From Takakia lepidozioides (Eukaryota; Plantae; Bryophyta), in NCBI GenBank assembly GCA_030704615.1, contig CM060733.1, positions 24,366,001-24,430,000 on the forward strand: DNA of 64,000 bases, written 5' to 3'. Below are positions 1 to 13,445 of the stretch, piece after piece. The position numbers and the translations under genes are program-made. How positions within the stretch are numbered: position 1 is the stretch's first letter; every line of letters begins with the position of its first letter. The notes below the pieces were generated by a model. The model searched no databases, was not told where the DNA came from, and saw only the letters and a list, made by a program, of their open reading frames with translations.

Positions 1-225
1 CCGTCTATAACCTCTGATACAACCAGCCTCACGTGTCATTTATGGGACGGTTTATCAATTTCACTGCACACCCAAGAAGCCTGCACGGCAAAACACCGGT
101 GGACCCAGAAATTCTTAAACGACTACAAGTGACAGACATCAACAAAGCTTTCGCCAACACAGTTGAAACGATCCAATCTTAGAGATCTTATACCAACTTG
201 ATCTTTCAAAATATCTCCGCTCTAA

Positions 226-698
226 GAGCATCTCCAACGCGTCTACTCCAACGGACGCACCGACGCTGGTTTGACGCGGATAATTTCAGTAACGCCAATC
301 ACTGCCTCCAGCCAGCACCTCCAGCTCCATGGCCTCGCTCAACGCTAACCCCAAGTTACCCGCACTTTTTGGGTCCCACCAATCCCACGTGTCATTCTCA
401 GCTCCATCTTCCATCTCTCCTCTACCCCTCAGCTCACACCTACGTGCCCTTCCTAACCCCCTCTCCCACCTCCCGCCACCATGATTGATTTCAAAATCCA
501 AAAAGATAATAAACTAAGGTCAAAGAGAGGCATATAGAAGGACGAGTTCGTCCCTGGACCTTTCAGGGAGAGGGGGGAAATATGGACGTGTCCCGCCAAA
601 TGAATGACGTTGGTGGGTCTGCGACGGGGAGCGCTGCTGGCCGTCGGCCGCGCCAACAGTGGTTGGCGCGTTCATTTGGGGGTGCGGTGGAGATGGTC
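226..698. mobile_element. Tourist-like (PIF/Harbinger) MITE
   Basis: Left TIR GAGCATCTCCAACGC (226-240); right end GCGGTGGAGATGGTC (684-698) is its reverse complement at 13/15. TAA on both sides (223-225, 699-701) is the PIF/Harbinger-type TSD. No coding capacity. Confidence 0.85.
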
Positions 699-1317
699 TA
701 AGCATGATCAAATTCCATATAGACATCACAATGGAAATTCGTTTATTTGTTTGTTTTTTGGTGAATATGGGACAAAAGCCTTGAAAAATAGATGGATTGC
801 AATTTCACTTTGCCACCATATTTGATGAGTCATAACTAAAAAATTAATTCTTTTGGTATTTCTTTAAGAAAAGTCAGGTGTTTCTCTTTTAAGGAAAAAT
901 AAATAAATAAATCTACATTCAAATTCCATAATCAGAAATAGCAGTATGCCACAATTAAACCACTAAACGATCTGTTTCGGGTTGCGATGTTTTTCATCCA
1001 AGTTATAATTTCCATGGACGAATTCGGATGAAAGTAGTTCCCATGGTTAAACCAAATTTTGCGATACAATTTTCATTTGGGTTCTAAATTGTGTGTCATT
1101 TTTTATTGATATGATTTTCTCAAATTGCCATGATGAATTCTACCGAGATTTCGTGATAATGTTATAGTCAATTTGCATGGCCTAATGCTGGCGCGACATT
1201 GGTCGCGTTAGGTTTATGGTTTTTATTACTTAAAAAAATATAGGTAAAAATGCCACTCTAGCAGCCACGTCGCAGACACGGTGGCGGTGGCAGGTAACTA
1301 ATGAAAAAATAAATATT

Positions 1318-2455
1318 CGACCGTCGGTCGCATATAATTCATGAATACGAAAAGTAGGTGTGACCGCCAGAAATGGGCGGTCGCACGTATTTAAAATATA
1401 TATATATATATATATGCAACTGCAAATACTGACGGTCGCATGTAATTAAAAAATGAAACAAATGCATGCACCCACCACTTGCGTGTGGCCACGACTTTAG
1501 TGGTTTTTAAAAAAATATTACATGCAACCGCCAAAATTCGGTAGTCGCTTGTATTTCATAATAAATCAAATAGAAGCTACCGCCGAATTTCGACGATCGT
1601 TATTTTATTTTATTTCATATTGGATGAGATCATAGTGAGCGCAAGCGCCTCAGAGAATGGAACAATGTATCCCAAGGCCATGACACCTGTGTGGAGTAAA
1701 GGCTATTAATTGGATAACTGTAGCATGCCTTTTTACAGAAAATTCCACATGAAAGGTATATGACATCCTCAAGTGGTTAGGTAAAGCATCCCAACGAGAC
1801 TGGTTTTTGTAGAATTCAACATATGCTAGCAACCAAAAAGATCAAATAGCAGCGCCCGCCGAATTTCGGATGTCGTTCTTTTTTTTTCCCTTTGGCCTTT
1901 GCTTATATTTCATTAAAAAAATACAAAAACCAGCAACCGCCGAATTTGGCAGTCGTTTGTATTTAGGAAAAAACAATTAATACTTACGACCGTAGAATTT
2001 CGGCGGTCGCTTACTTTTAAAAAAACAAAAAAAACATACGACTGCTGAAATGCGGCGGTCACTTGTATTAAAAAATATATAACATACATGTGACCGCCGA
2101 AAGTCAGCGGTCGATTATATTTTTAAGGAAAAAAAACAGGGGACCGCCGAATTTCGGTGGTCGATTACATTTAAAATACAGAACAAATACAAGCAGCCGA
2201 ACAAATATAAGAAAAAATACACGCGACCTCCAAATTTTGACGGTCGCGTCTCTTTCTTTTAAGAAAAAATACACGCGACCACCGAATTTCGACGGTCACT
2301 TGTATTTGTTTAAAAATAAATATAGGCGACCACCGATTTTTGGCGGTCGCTTGTATTTGCTTAAAACATAAACACATACAACCGCCGAACTTCGGCGATC
2401 GCTTATATTAAAAATTAGAAACTAATCCACGCAACCCTCGAAATCTGGTGGTCGT
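1318..2455. repeat. Array of about 16 palindromic 25-bp units (consensus GCGACCGCCGAAWTTCGGCGGTCGC) separated by variable A/T-rich spacers
   Basis: Units start near 1318, 1360, 1416, 1524, 1577, 1852, 1933, 1986, 2038, 2090, 2140, 2224, 2276, 2326, 2378 and 2431. Modal spacing is 50-53 bp. Unrelated sequence interrupts the array at about 1620-1835. Confidence 0.9.
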
Positions 2456-2698
2456 TGGTATTTTTGAAATAATAATCTTTACAATGTAAAATAAACACAT
2501 GTCCACGTGTGTTGTACACCATGGTTGCCACGTCATAAAATGGAACAAAAATAAATAATAGTTTTTATTTATTTATTTATATATTTGTTGTTGTTGTTGT
2601 TAAGGGAAGGAGGTACATAGGCTCATGGGAGAAGTTAAAAACAAGAAAATTAAAACGCACAACGTCCGTTTTTTACGTGACACGACGCACGTTTGGAC

Positions 2699-5600
2699 CA
2701 GTGTTTTTATTTTTGGCGAAGTTTCGCACCTTTTCGACCTGACCAGCTTTTTTGCGCAAGGTGTAAGGAAAAAAAACCATAAAATTTAAGATTTTTCGCC
2801 CAAAGACGGGCCATCACTTTAGCCTAATCGCGCCTTGCTCCATCACGAGTGGCTACGATTCGTCCACATTAGCGAGATGGTGGGTTTCGTGGCAGCCTGC
2901 AACCGCCCTCCTGGCAAGTGCTCTCGCCCACTCAACCACCTCCCACTTTTACAGTATCGTCACTCACTCCTCCTCTCACACATAGGGTTTCGTTATAGCC
3001 GTGGAACCTTCTCATTCCTTCGGTATAGCGTGTGAGCAGCTTATTAGGTAGGGCATGCAGTTAAGATTCAGATTTGGTGTGCGATATTTGGCCTAATTTG
3101 GCATTGATTGCACAAAAGTTCAAGGATGAGTGTCGGCAGTAGTAAAGAATGTATATGGCTGGAAGATATATAAGCGTGCATTCATGACTGGGTATGGTGG
3201 GGCTGAGCATTGAGGATGGTCATGGCGTGCAAAGACAAGTATCTGCTCCTTGCCATTTTCATTGAATTTTGTGCATTTCTGATTTGTGAGGTTTGTGATC
3301 TTCAAGCTGTAACTCAAGAGTCATTAATTTCTCTAGCGAGTGTTGGAATAGTAATCGATCATTCCCTGCTTCTAATCATCTTGCTCTCTTGCTCTCTATC
3401 AGCTTGTAGTTGAAGTCAGGTTTGTGGGAATGGGTCCTCTGAAACTGCCGAATAATTTCAAACACAAGTATTTCTTTTCTTCCAGGGTTCCTGAATCTCA
3501 TTCACCCAGCTTGAATTCATCCCACAGTAGTTCAGCTAGTGCAAGTCTGTCACATAGTGGGTATCAAATTGTCTCACCACCACAAGGAACCTCTTCAGAT
3601 GGTGGAACATCTAGTGTCAGTCACTACACTCATGTTGTTGGTGAATCTAGCTCTGCACAGTTGATTTTGTCCACAAATGAAGCGTCTCTTAGCAACAAGA
3701 AAAGGAAACAAGCCCAATATGACCTAGACAAAAAGTTTCAAGATGTTTGGACTCCTAGATTTACTTGGGCAGAAAGTGTTGTGGGAGAGGATGACATGAT
3801 TCATTCTGTTAAGGTGCAAGGTCTGCTCGAGAATTGAGGGGAAAGACAAAATCTTTGTGCCTAAGTTAGATTCCTTAACCAAGCATGTAGGTAAGAGGAA
3901 GGCAACAGTTGCCATGCCTGGAGTACCAATGGGGATGATTTACTACAACAAAGAGAGCCAACACTGCAAGAATGAAGCTCTGTATGCAGCTTCCTTGAGG
4001 GATTCAACGATTCAGTGATTCAGATGCAAATTGCTGGAGAGGTGGCCCAAGATAAGAGGAAATTGGTCCAATTTGTTGCTGTTTTCCACATCCTTAGACA
4101 AACAGCTATGATTATGAAGGTAACTTCAGGATGGAGTTGCAGACAAAGAACAAGCCCTTAGTTTTTCCTCCAAAATTGGCGAAGAATACCCATACTGCTC
4201 ACATTGGAGAGACTTGTAGATGGTGCAAATGCGGATGCATTGAAGAGAGTCATAGTTGAAGCCCTCTTGATTGGTGGAGGTCTGACGAGGGAGAAATTGG
4301 CCCAAAGTTTGGTTTCATTTGGCACAGATGGTGTGCTTGTCTTTCAGGGCCTGCGGATAGGTGTCACTGTGCAATTGCAACAGAAAGATGCTCCTCACAT
4401 GGTGGGGGTCCATTGTATGGCTCACCGCACCAATTTGATAGTCCAAACTTTGAGTGACCTCAGCATGGTGAATCGGCTGGAAACTTTCCTGCAATCCTTG
4501 CATTCTTATTTTGCACATAGTCCAAAACGTCACCTTGAATTTCATAAGCTAGCCGAGTTGATGGAGACCAAGGGTAACAAAATTCTTCCGAACATTAAAA
4601 CCCGGTGGATCAGTATGCTCAAACCAGCCATGAGATTTATGGCTGAATATAAGATTCTTGTGGTTAAGATGGCGTTGGACAGCGTGGGGGAGGCCAAAGC
4701 AGCTTCCAACCTTGATCTCTTTGTTGATATTGAGCTTTTCTTGGGTTTGTGCTGTGTATTGCCCTTACTCAAAGCTGTGAACTCCTTGATGAAGTTTGCA
4801 CAAGCTCGTGATACTTTTGTGGTTGATTTCATCACATCAGTGAAAAGCTGCCAATCTGACCTTTATGCTACGTATACAAATGCCACGACGACATTTATAG
4901 GCCCCGAGTTTGCTGAATTTTGAAGTCTGGCTGAGGTCAATCATTCCACCTATTATTGTGGATTTCAGATCCTGCTACTTCAACAGACCATTTAACAATT
5001 GAGTGTCAAGGAAAACATGTTTGGGCCAAGCACAAGAATATTCAGACTAGGGAAGTGGTTTGGGTCACTAGGGAGGTTTGGAGGAGGGTGTTGGCTGATG
5101 TTCAGACTCAGTGTAAGGATGCAGCAGCAGAACTTGTAAGGGAGTTGGAAGGACGTTTTCCAGCCCAAAATCTCATGGAGGCTATGGGTATTGTATACCC
5201 CCAATTCTGGACACGCCATGATGCTGACATGGGGTTTCTTCACCATCTCAATGTCATCAAGGCGACATATTGCTCTCCTAAGCGGGCTGGTAATATGACT
5301 GTTCCAGCTCTTTTGAATGCACAAGATTTGGATTTGCAAGCTTCTTTGTTTAAGATGACAATGAAGAACAATTGTGTTATGGCTCTGGAGAAGCCCATTG
5401 AGCTGAACCCTCTCACCAAACTGTGGCAGAATTTGGGAAGTAACTCCCAAGTGTTGACAGCCAAGATCCCCGAGTACATGAAGATCGTTGAAATAGCTAT
5501 AGCACAAGTTATAGGCACTGTGGAAGACGAGCGTACATTTAGCACTCTCGCTTTTGTCAAGTCAAAGCTCTTTGACAGAGCATTTGCCACTTGCAGTGCA

Positions 5601-6373
5601 CATGTTTGCACAGAAGTTCTATACCATTGACACTTTCCCTTTCGGAGAGTGTATTGTACAGTGGAAAGATGCCAAGACTCGCTATGCTTTCAATGCATAG
5701 GGGTTGCCACAAAAGAGTAATAACAATCTGACAAAAGTGTTTATTTTTGCTCTTATCATTCAATCATGTTCTCTTTTTCTTTGGGCATGGTCACTTGTTC
5801 TATTGCAGGTGAAGATCAACATTACTGTTTGGAGTCTAGCAGGCAGGAGCTGGGTTTTATTTGGTTCATTGCATATTTGATATTGTGTGTATGTATAGGC
5901 TGGGTTGGGTTGTAGGGTGCAGATCACTCATGTCGGATTGGCCGAAGTCCTTATGGACTGGGATTCAAATCCCCCAGTAGTATATGTTATTGTTCATGTT
6001 ATTTGCTGTGCTCCGATTATATTCTGATTTCTGACATGGACTTGGACACGTAATGCTTGCGTGTATATTGTTGCTTTGGGTGGGTTTTGCATGATTGATG
6101 AATGAATGCAATCTGCCTCACATTAGTACAATTTCGCCAATCTGCTTACAACCATATAACTCACAGCGCTAAAACTGCTACAGTAAAAATTGAACAATAG
6201 CCAAAACTATTCGATACAAGACAATTCACAATCGCCTTCTTCACTGACACATGAGCAGTAAGAATCGCCTTCATTTTCAATGATCAATCCTGCTTTATAG
6301 CCACAACTGCCCACTTCACTGCTCAGTTTGTTGCTAGTAGAGCAACATGCATAAGACCAAAAAAAAAACACTG
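2699..6373 (+). mobile_element. hAT-superfamily DNA transposon, both ends present, transposase decayed
   Basis: TIRs CAGTGTTTTT (2699) and AAAAACACTG (ends 6373). Perfect 8-bp TSD GTTTGGAC at 2691-2698 and 6374-6381. Encloses hAT transposase fragments. Confidence 0.93.
3430..5700 (+). pseudogene. hAT transposase (ZNF862/TTF-zinc-finger-like) with frameshifts and stops
   Basis: N-terminal KFQDVW..RFTWAE and C-x2-C zinc-finger region split by a frameshift near 3815. Motifs GTDG, HCMAHR (CxxH) and KTRWIS; C-terminal GTVEDERTFSTLAFVKSKL (hAT dimerisation region). Broken across ORFs 3424-3837, 4204-4923 and 4956-5630. Confidence 0.88.
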
Positions 6374-6761
6374 GTTTGGACTTGCCAGCACCACGTCACA
6401 TCCAGATCACAAGTAGGTTGCATGGTTTATCCATATGGATGGCGGGTAGGAAAATACAGTCACAAGGTAGGATATATATTGTTTTGACGTAAAAGTGCCA
6501 AAACTTAGCTTATCACTTAGGGTTAACCAATTGGAGTTCTAAGAATGTGTTGGTCAATGCATACCTTAGGAAGCAATCCCTACCCAGACGAAATTAGGCC
6601 TTCAAATGTTTTCGTGCCAATTTCAAGTCAATATCCGAAAACTTTCCAAAATGTTGGCATTTCAAAGTGTAATTAAACCTCTGCCACAGGGTTGACACTT
6701 GACACGACAGTAACTTGTTATATTGCTTGATGTGGTGAGGAGGAGCAGGACGCGTCACTTT

Positions 6762-6950
6762 TGCCACCATAGTGAGAAGTTGACCATTGGTTTTGGGCTG
6801 GGTTCTGGGCTGATCAGCACACATCCAGGATGCCATCAGAATCTCCAGTGGTGTCTACCACGTTCATCTCAAACACTGTTGGGCAAGCCTTGTCGGGCAA
6901 GCCTTGTCGAAAAGTTTGATCAGCATCTCAATTTTGGGCATGGTGCTGTT
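6762..6950 (+). pseudogene. Isolated degenerate DYW-domain fragment
   Basis: CHHSEKLTIGFGLG..LISTHPG..NL aligns with HHSEKLAIAFGLISTYPG..KNL of the intact DYW at 47008-47230. CxxC and the terminal DYW are missing, and no PPR repeats lie upstream. Confidence 0.7.
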
Positions 6951-7337
6951 TCAGAAAATCCCATCACTAGCTTGCATGAACATTATTAAGCCAGGCCTTG
7001 CACTCCGTCGCGGTAAGTTTGCAACTGTATTTGGGTAGGATGCCCCGATTCACTACGACACTGGTTTGTAATGAGCAGTCACTTTTCATTAAGGCTCAGT
7101 TCTGCCCATCGAACCTTTGCCTGTGAATATTGTTTCTCCATCCTTCAGCAATGGTCTTCACATTTGGTTGATGGATCAATCTGGCCTGGTCAAGGTTGTT
7201 ACTTTTGAATAACAGTACTTAGTGGATTCAGATCAGCCTAAGCAAAATTTCAGAACATTCAAGAAAGTTTTCCCTCGCAGCAATATTTGCAATAATCAGA
7301 ATTAAGCCGAACTGGCACAATATGGTCGTACTCCATT

Positions 7338-10300
7338 CTAAAACGGAGGAAGGCTGGGTTTCCCTAAGCATATCTCCCGAATTGAACGTACTCTTTGGAA
7401 TGTCTCCTGTGCCTGCCAAACAGCCCCCCATGTGCCACAGCCCGCTTAGGGAGTGTAAGCTTGTAGGTTCACACCGCTGATAGACCTACATCCTGCTGCA
7501 ACTGGTTGGTGAGGGAGTCACATACAAGATCCCTCTAACTAGATCAGGCTTGCCCCTTAACCTGCATCTCAAATGGGGCTCATGAAAGGGAGAATGACAA
7601 AAAAAAGAAAAAAAGTGAATCTGACTCCCACGGCCTAAGAAAAGAACAAATGAGAAAAAGCTCAGAACCAAAAGATGAGAGTGGAGGATGTGATGTGTCA
7701 CCTGTTTGTGGTATCTCTTGGCCAAAACTGGGGACATGCCTGCTGTGTCAGCTCGCTCAGAGTGCATCTCCCCAAGACAAAAGTAGAAGTTGGCTAGTTC
7801 AAGTGAGAGCCCTGGTACCACTTTTTCCAGGCAGTTCAATATGATGCGGCACACCCGTAATCCCTCTCCAGCATCTCCCAGGGCGCGGCAGCAGTTCATC
7901 AGCGGTGTCAACGCATCAAACAGCAGCACATTCAATGGATGCTGTAATTCTCAACCCAAAACCTTGTTGTTAGCAATATAGACAGCTGGACATATTTAGG
8001 TACCTGCAGGTTGTCTAAGAGTAAAACCTTTTAAATTGAGAGCACAGATTGACGGGACCCAAGTGGTACTCCCCTTGCCACTTTCACTCTCCGCCTGAAA
8101 TACTTGAGAAAAGATCCATTTGAATTTGGGTCCAATGAAAACTGCGGATATGGTGCATGTTTGCGTGGGCTTCCACAATTATAGGGTCTATGATGAACAT
8201 GAGGTGGAGTTACCTCCATCTATCCGTTGTGGCTTGTGGACCATAAGCACAGTGGCACTACTCTCCTACACCCTCCGAGGGACTTGCCCCACCTTCCTCC
8301 TCATCCCCCTCATCCCCCCCTGTCACCGTCCCTATGGCCTGTGTGGCCTATTTCACAAGCAAAATCCTTGACACTAAGCTTTCCACCTGTATTCATGTTG
8401 GTATCGAGGGAAACCAGGTATGGGTCCTACTGGCAGAGAAAATTTACCAATTTCCCAGTAAAATCTGCAAGAAATTGCTCCAGCAAGACACGGGCATCCT
8501 TGAATCGTCTCTCTCTGTACACAGCCATGGCAGCTGCAAGACTGTTACCAGCTTCAATGACAAGCTCCCAGGGCTTGTCTGCCATGTTTGATGGGTTCCT
8601 CACAGAAAATGAAGTTGCTGGGAACAGCGGATCCAGCACCCGAAAGCACTGGTCACACTTCCATGATGAGGAGTTTTTCGAAGTTTCTGCATCTTGGGCA
8701 TGCAGTGATGATGTTTTGATTAACACACCTCCACAACCTCTCACTGTACAGACACAGGCCTGCAAACATGGAAATGTGTTATAAACTGGATAGAAAGCTG
8801 TGACTTCCATAAATGGCCACCCTGTAAGGGACGCTGGAACAAATCTCAGGCTCCATTACAGGATGGGAAACATGGTATAGCATTATCGTTGTTGCAAAGC
8901 CTCCTAGATCTAGGTGCGTCCAAACGGCATGGTATGTGACTGATCTTCTATGTTGTCACTGAAGCTCACAACTATGGATCACACGAACCTAAAACTCAGA
9001 GCTAACTAGACAATGCCACCTCACACATACATAGGCAAAAACAATTTTGGCAGACGGCCCATCAGTAAGGATATTGAAAGCGAAACAACATACCTCAAGA
9101 AAACGATCGAGGGAAGATGCAAGAGGCTCCGAGCAGCGTTGGCAGCTGCAGTCAAAGTGCTTTGTATCTGCCAAATGTTGTTTACGGATACCTCGGGGCT
9201 CATACAGATTTATGTACGAGACACAAAGCTGGCACACACAAGGTCATGTTCAGTTATATCAGAGCATAACGGTTACAAACCACCAAACAAAACGAGACCT
9301 GCAGAGCTACATACTTCAACGTGAGCATGCCAAGTGTATCACAGTCACAACACGACCACAGTGAAATATCCCAACCAAAAAAATCTGCACCTCAGAGCCC
9401 TTGGGAATGTCTTGCGTCGCTCTTACATACATCACACTGCCTTCAGATGCAAAACAGCAGTTGGGCCTGCATACAAAAATCTCCTTGTGAGCGAAGATGA
9501 CTAGAGAGCGACCTCTTAAAGGTCTACATTATGTCGCCTCTAAATAATTGAACAGTTCCCAGGGTATAAAGACATTTTTCAAAACAACGTCTTATGAGTA
9601 CATTCTATAATACTGAGAAGACCCTTTCCAGAAATCATAACCCAGGTGTTACTAAAAGAAGCTCACAGCTTAAATACCAGCAGGAATGATTGAGCATGGA
9701 TACAAAGGGGAAAATTCCAAGTGCGACATCCGTGTTGTGGAGGCCCTGAGCACCCATGCCATGGGCATTTGTGTTCACCAGCATTGCCAGCAACTCGAGC
9801 TCCTCTGCATCAGCCAAAAGAAAAATCAATCTGAGACAGACACACACTCCCACATCCCTGGCTGAGAATGAATGCTAGCAATATGCTTAACACATGCAAG
9901 TTGCAATAGACATACACACGTAAGGAGGGAGAGAGAGACAGAATGTACTCATGAGACCTTGTTTGCCATGGCCTTGTGGCCATAGACCCCTTGCCCAGTT
10001 CGACGGAACAAGAGGGAACAGACAGTACCTTTATGAGGGGCTCACTCCAGTAGTGGGTTACCTTGGTATAAACCTTGGAGAGAGAGAATATACTCGTAAG
10101 ACTTTGTTTGCCGCAGCCTTGTTTGTGGCCATAGACCCCGCACCCAGTTTAAACGGAAACACAGGAATAGAAACTACCTTAGTGAGGGCTCATTCCTGTA
10201 GTGTGACTTACCTTGGTATTTAGTCTGAGCTTTCCAGATATCCTCCAGAATTTAACCCTTCACACACACAAGCATCAATCTGCGGTGTGTGAGTAGCCCA

Positions 10301-13300
10301 AAAGCTAGACCCCAACAGGGCCAGGGTGTTAGGCTCAGCCTCGAGATTTTTGAAGTTGGTGAACAGAGGTGCAGAAACATGTTCTTGATGTTCCTAATGA
10401 ATCAGAAAATGGATACTGTCTTCAGGTTGCCCACGCATCAGGCAATTACTATCTACTTTTCCTCCCTACATCTGTTTATTGTTCAAAGGTAGGCTCCCCG
10501 CCCTGAGTCTAAATTTCGGTCTAGTGCCGAGAGTAGGTAGGCCCGTCAGATCATCTTTAAGGTCCTTGCCCATGTCACACAAGTTCAGTGAAGTTTAATG
10601 CCTAGCTTCATTTTCATCGGACAGTCTTTGGGCATCAGACATTGCTTTGGAGCAACCCCCTCCAGGTCAACTTCATCCAGTATGGTCAGGTCTTCTAGAC
10701 TATTATTAAGATACTTGAGAAAATCTCTTCTACCTTTTTCTGCCAAGACTTAGCCTGTTTAACAGGACGGTCTCTTGGAAAGAGAGGGGAAAGAGAGAAG
10801 GGGGGGGGGTGGGGGTGGGTTGGGCGGCATAGTGATGAAGAAGTGGGTCACACCTACAGAGCATTGCAAGCCCCCGTGCCAGACTGCACTTTTACAATCC
10901 AAAACTGAGCTTGAGTGGAGCAAGCTGCAACCCTTCCTGACTGATGCCTTCCAAGCTCCACCGATCTTGTCTTGGTGTGTCTGTAGCCCCATCGCATCCT
11001 GTATCAACATGAAAGCCAAACATACAAGCATTATCAGTGAACTAAAACGAACCGGTACGGCAACCCATCCAAGCCTCATGTGACATAGAGTTGAGCAGTT
11101 CAACAAGCAAAGAAACCCAACGCAGAAGTTCAAACTTGAGTATAGGTCACCTGAAAACTTGGGTAGATCACTCCTTCTTTCACGGTTCCTACATTTCCTG
11201 ATATGTCTTCCCCCCCAGAGACCTGGATGAAGTCACAGTACCAAACGTTTTAATTTCAGCCAAGGTATTGGAAGACAGAAATGTGGGTATGGCTCACCAC
11301 AATTGGTATATAACATAGAAGTTGAAAGATGCATATTATGTTTCACCCATTTGTATGGGCTGAACAACAAAAAGGGGTAGAGGACCACAGTAACTGGCTT
11401 TCCAAGAGCCAATGTCCACTGGCTACTGAGAGGAACATTCAACTTCCCCAATGCAACCGTAATATGTGCATACCAGATGCTAAGGGTTACCAATGCACAA
11501 GGAAAATCTGCACTTATACCTTATCAGAATGCTCTAAGAGAGAAGGTCGCTTCAATGCCAAGGCCAGTACAAAGCGCAGGAGATCTTCGTCACAGTCTGA
11601 CTTCCTGGCGACCTCCATTAGCTGCTGTGATACATGGCACCACTGGCTGTGGCTTGCAATTGCCTTTGCCTCACATTCCTATATGCAGCCAAAGAGAACA
11701 AGGTCAAGTGCTAGTCTTAGTTTTTCTGAAGTAGGATGAATAATGAACATCAGATGACTACCTACAATTCAGCACCCTTAGAATGATTGATGTACAAACA
11801 ATATACAGTCCCTCTGGACAAAAGTAGTTGCTTGTTGAGGGCAGTGAGTTACAGCCGAGCATAGAATCGTGAGGCCCTCTGTCATTCTCAGCATACATAC
11901 CAACCAATGGAGTGGTAAGGATAGAACTTGACTTCTCTGTTACTCAATAACTCCATATATAGATATAGAGATCTAAGAGCTTCAGTTCTCCTCACATTTC
12001 CCCAAACTCTAACACCTAAGACCCTAAACCCTTTCCCAGCAATCATCTGTTGTTACGACTTCAGACGAGAAAAAACAAATGGTCTAAAGCACAGTTAGTC
12101 TTGCAAGGTTGAAAGTCTTTCTGGAGGTTTTGCAGTTGTATCAAAAGGAAACAACATAGAGCTTGATGTGCTTCCTTCAAACATGGAAGGAGTCCCTTCA
12201 GGGTGGAAGCATCCAGGAGGCAGAAGAGAAGATGATGATCCTCGTGAAGTGCCTAGCCTATCACATTCCATTTTAGATGCACAGGTCATGAATATATTGC
12301 ACCAGAACAAGAACAGTCTCAAACTCTCGTCTTAAATTGGCCCAACTCAAATCACAAATCTCCCTAAGAACCAAGCCGAGAGAGTAAACCTGGCAGTAGA
12401 CAGCATGCTTGCAAGAGGGGCATTCAAACGAGGGCGTATTACTGGCCAAGTCTCGGCAGCATTCATGACACACTGCCAGTCTATCCTGGGTGCGAGGCAC
12501 AAATGCGACAGCTTGTTCTGCTACCACCACCTCTCCCGCCTTGATCTCTCTGCAAGTCCCCCGAACTATGATTGTAGCATAACATGGTCTTGTAAATTCT
12601 GACAAAGTCACCCTGCAAACTTTTAACAGCAAGGTCCAACTATTATTCAACACCAAGCATTCTTGTAAGTGTCGCTTTTGATTCAGCGAAACAAATGAAG
12701 CACTTGTAGAGGAGACCCTGCAGCTCCGAAGCACTTTGTACTGACGGTGCGTCACCATATTGTAAGCCTTGACGATACAGCAAGGCAATTTTGTATCTCA
12801 CTCATCTAAATTCAGGACGGAACTGGAGCCTGACTCTTACTAACACCTTCTTTCTTGAAATGGCTAAAAGCTGTGTACAACTACACACAATTAGAGCAGT
12901 TACATAGCCACATGCTACACAACCTGTGCTACGTCAAGAAGCTTTCCTTCCTGAATTCAGTATGCAGGGTGGCGATGGCTATGACATGTCCACCAGCAGC
13001 AGGATGAGAGACAAGTGCGTGGTTTTCTTCTGAAATTAATAGATTTCCATCTTCAGTAATCTTCCATGGAAAAGGGATGGAGTCGTTTTAAGACAGTAAC
13101 TTAATAGAGCAACGAATCAGAATGTCATATACACACTGTATGCCGATACCTGGCAGCTATGGCACACCGACCCCGACGAGGTCGAGTGACGGCAGTCCAT
13201 GGAAATGTTTTCTCTACCAATGCCTGAGAAGGTAAAATTCCACCAGCTGATACCAACAACTGCGGCTTATTAGCCTTCTTCTTCTTCTTCTTCTTCTTCT

Positions 13301-13445
13301 TCGCACCTACCTCGTCAGCCGCACCTGAATGCTTTGCGGTCACCTCATTCTCAGCTACGATCCTCACCGGAATCTCCGGTAGGAGCTGTGCACTTGCAGG
13401 ATTCAGAGAGAGCGTTGCCAAATCGGGCACGGCCTCCGACTCCAT
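7338..13445 (-). CDS. SET and MYND domain protein (SMYD/ASHR1-like lysine methyltransferase), multi-exon
   Basis: ATG at 13445 (MESEAVPD). RGRCAIAAR-(E)IKAGEVV split-SET start; MYND cysteines CHECC..CPSCKHAVYC; GIFPFVSMLNHSCW|PNC; LCVSYINLY..HFDCSCQRC post-SET. Last exon AQETFQRVRSIREICLGKPSLPPF* ends at 7338. Internal exon limits are approximate. Confidence 0.88.
9933..10760 (-). mobile_element. 5'-truncated non-LTR retrotransposon fragment (family A, copy 1), intronic
   Basis: Minus strand reads GTRPKFRLRAGSLPLN..C..GQPEDSIHFLIH, a CCHC-type LINE ORF2 C-terminus. It ends ATGAGTACATTCT followed by a TC-rich tail. The 3' ~150 bp is tandemly duplicated (9933-10078 and 10081-10220). Homologous to 26258, 35424 and 42990. 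Confidence 0.75.

Noticed and set aside
957-1505. AAACCACTAAA / TTTAGTGGTTT as CACTA termini
   Set aside because: Only 11 bp, no matching 3-bp TSD, and most of the palindrome array lies outside them.
1318-2455. True CRISPR array
   Set aside because: Eukaryotic context, no cas genes, repeats too degenerate and spacers low-complexity A/T tracts. Kept as a repeat finding instead.
5925-5976. tRNA-like B-box (GGATTCAAATCCC) inside the hAT
   Set aside because: No convincing A-box or cloverleaf.
10799-10826. G-quadruplex-capable G-run tract in a SET intron
   Set aside because: Simple low-complexity tract beside a retroelement junction; no evidence of function.
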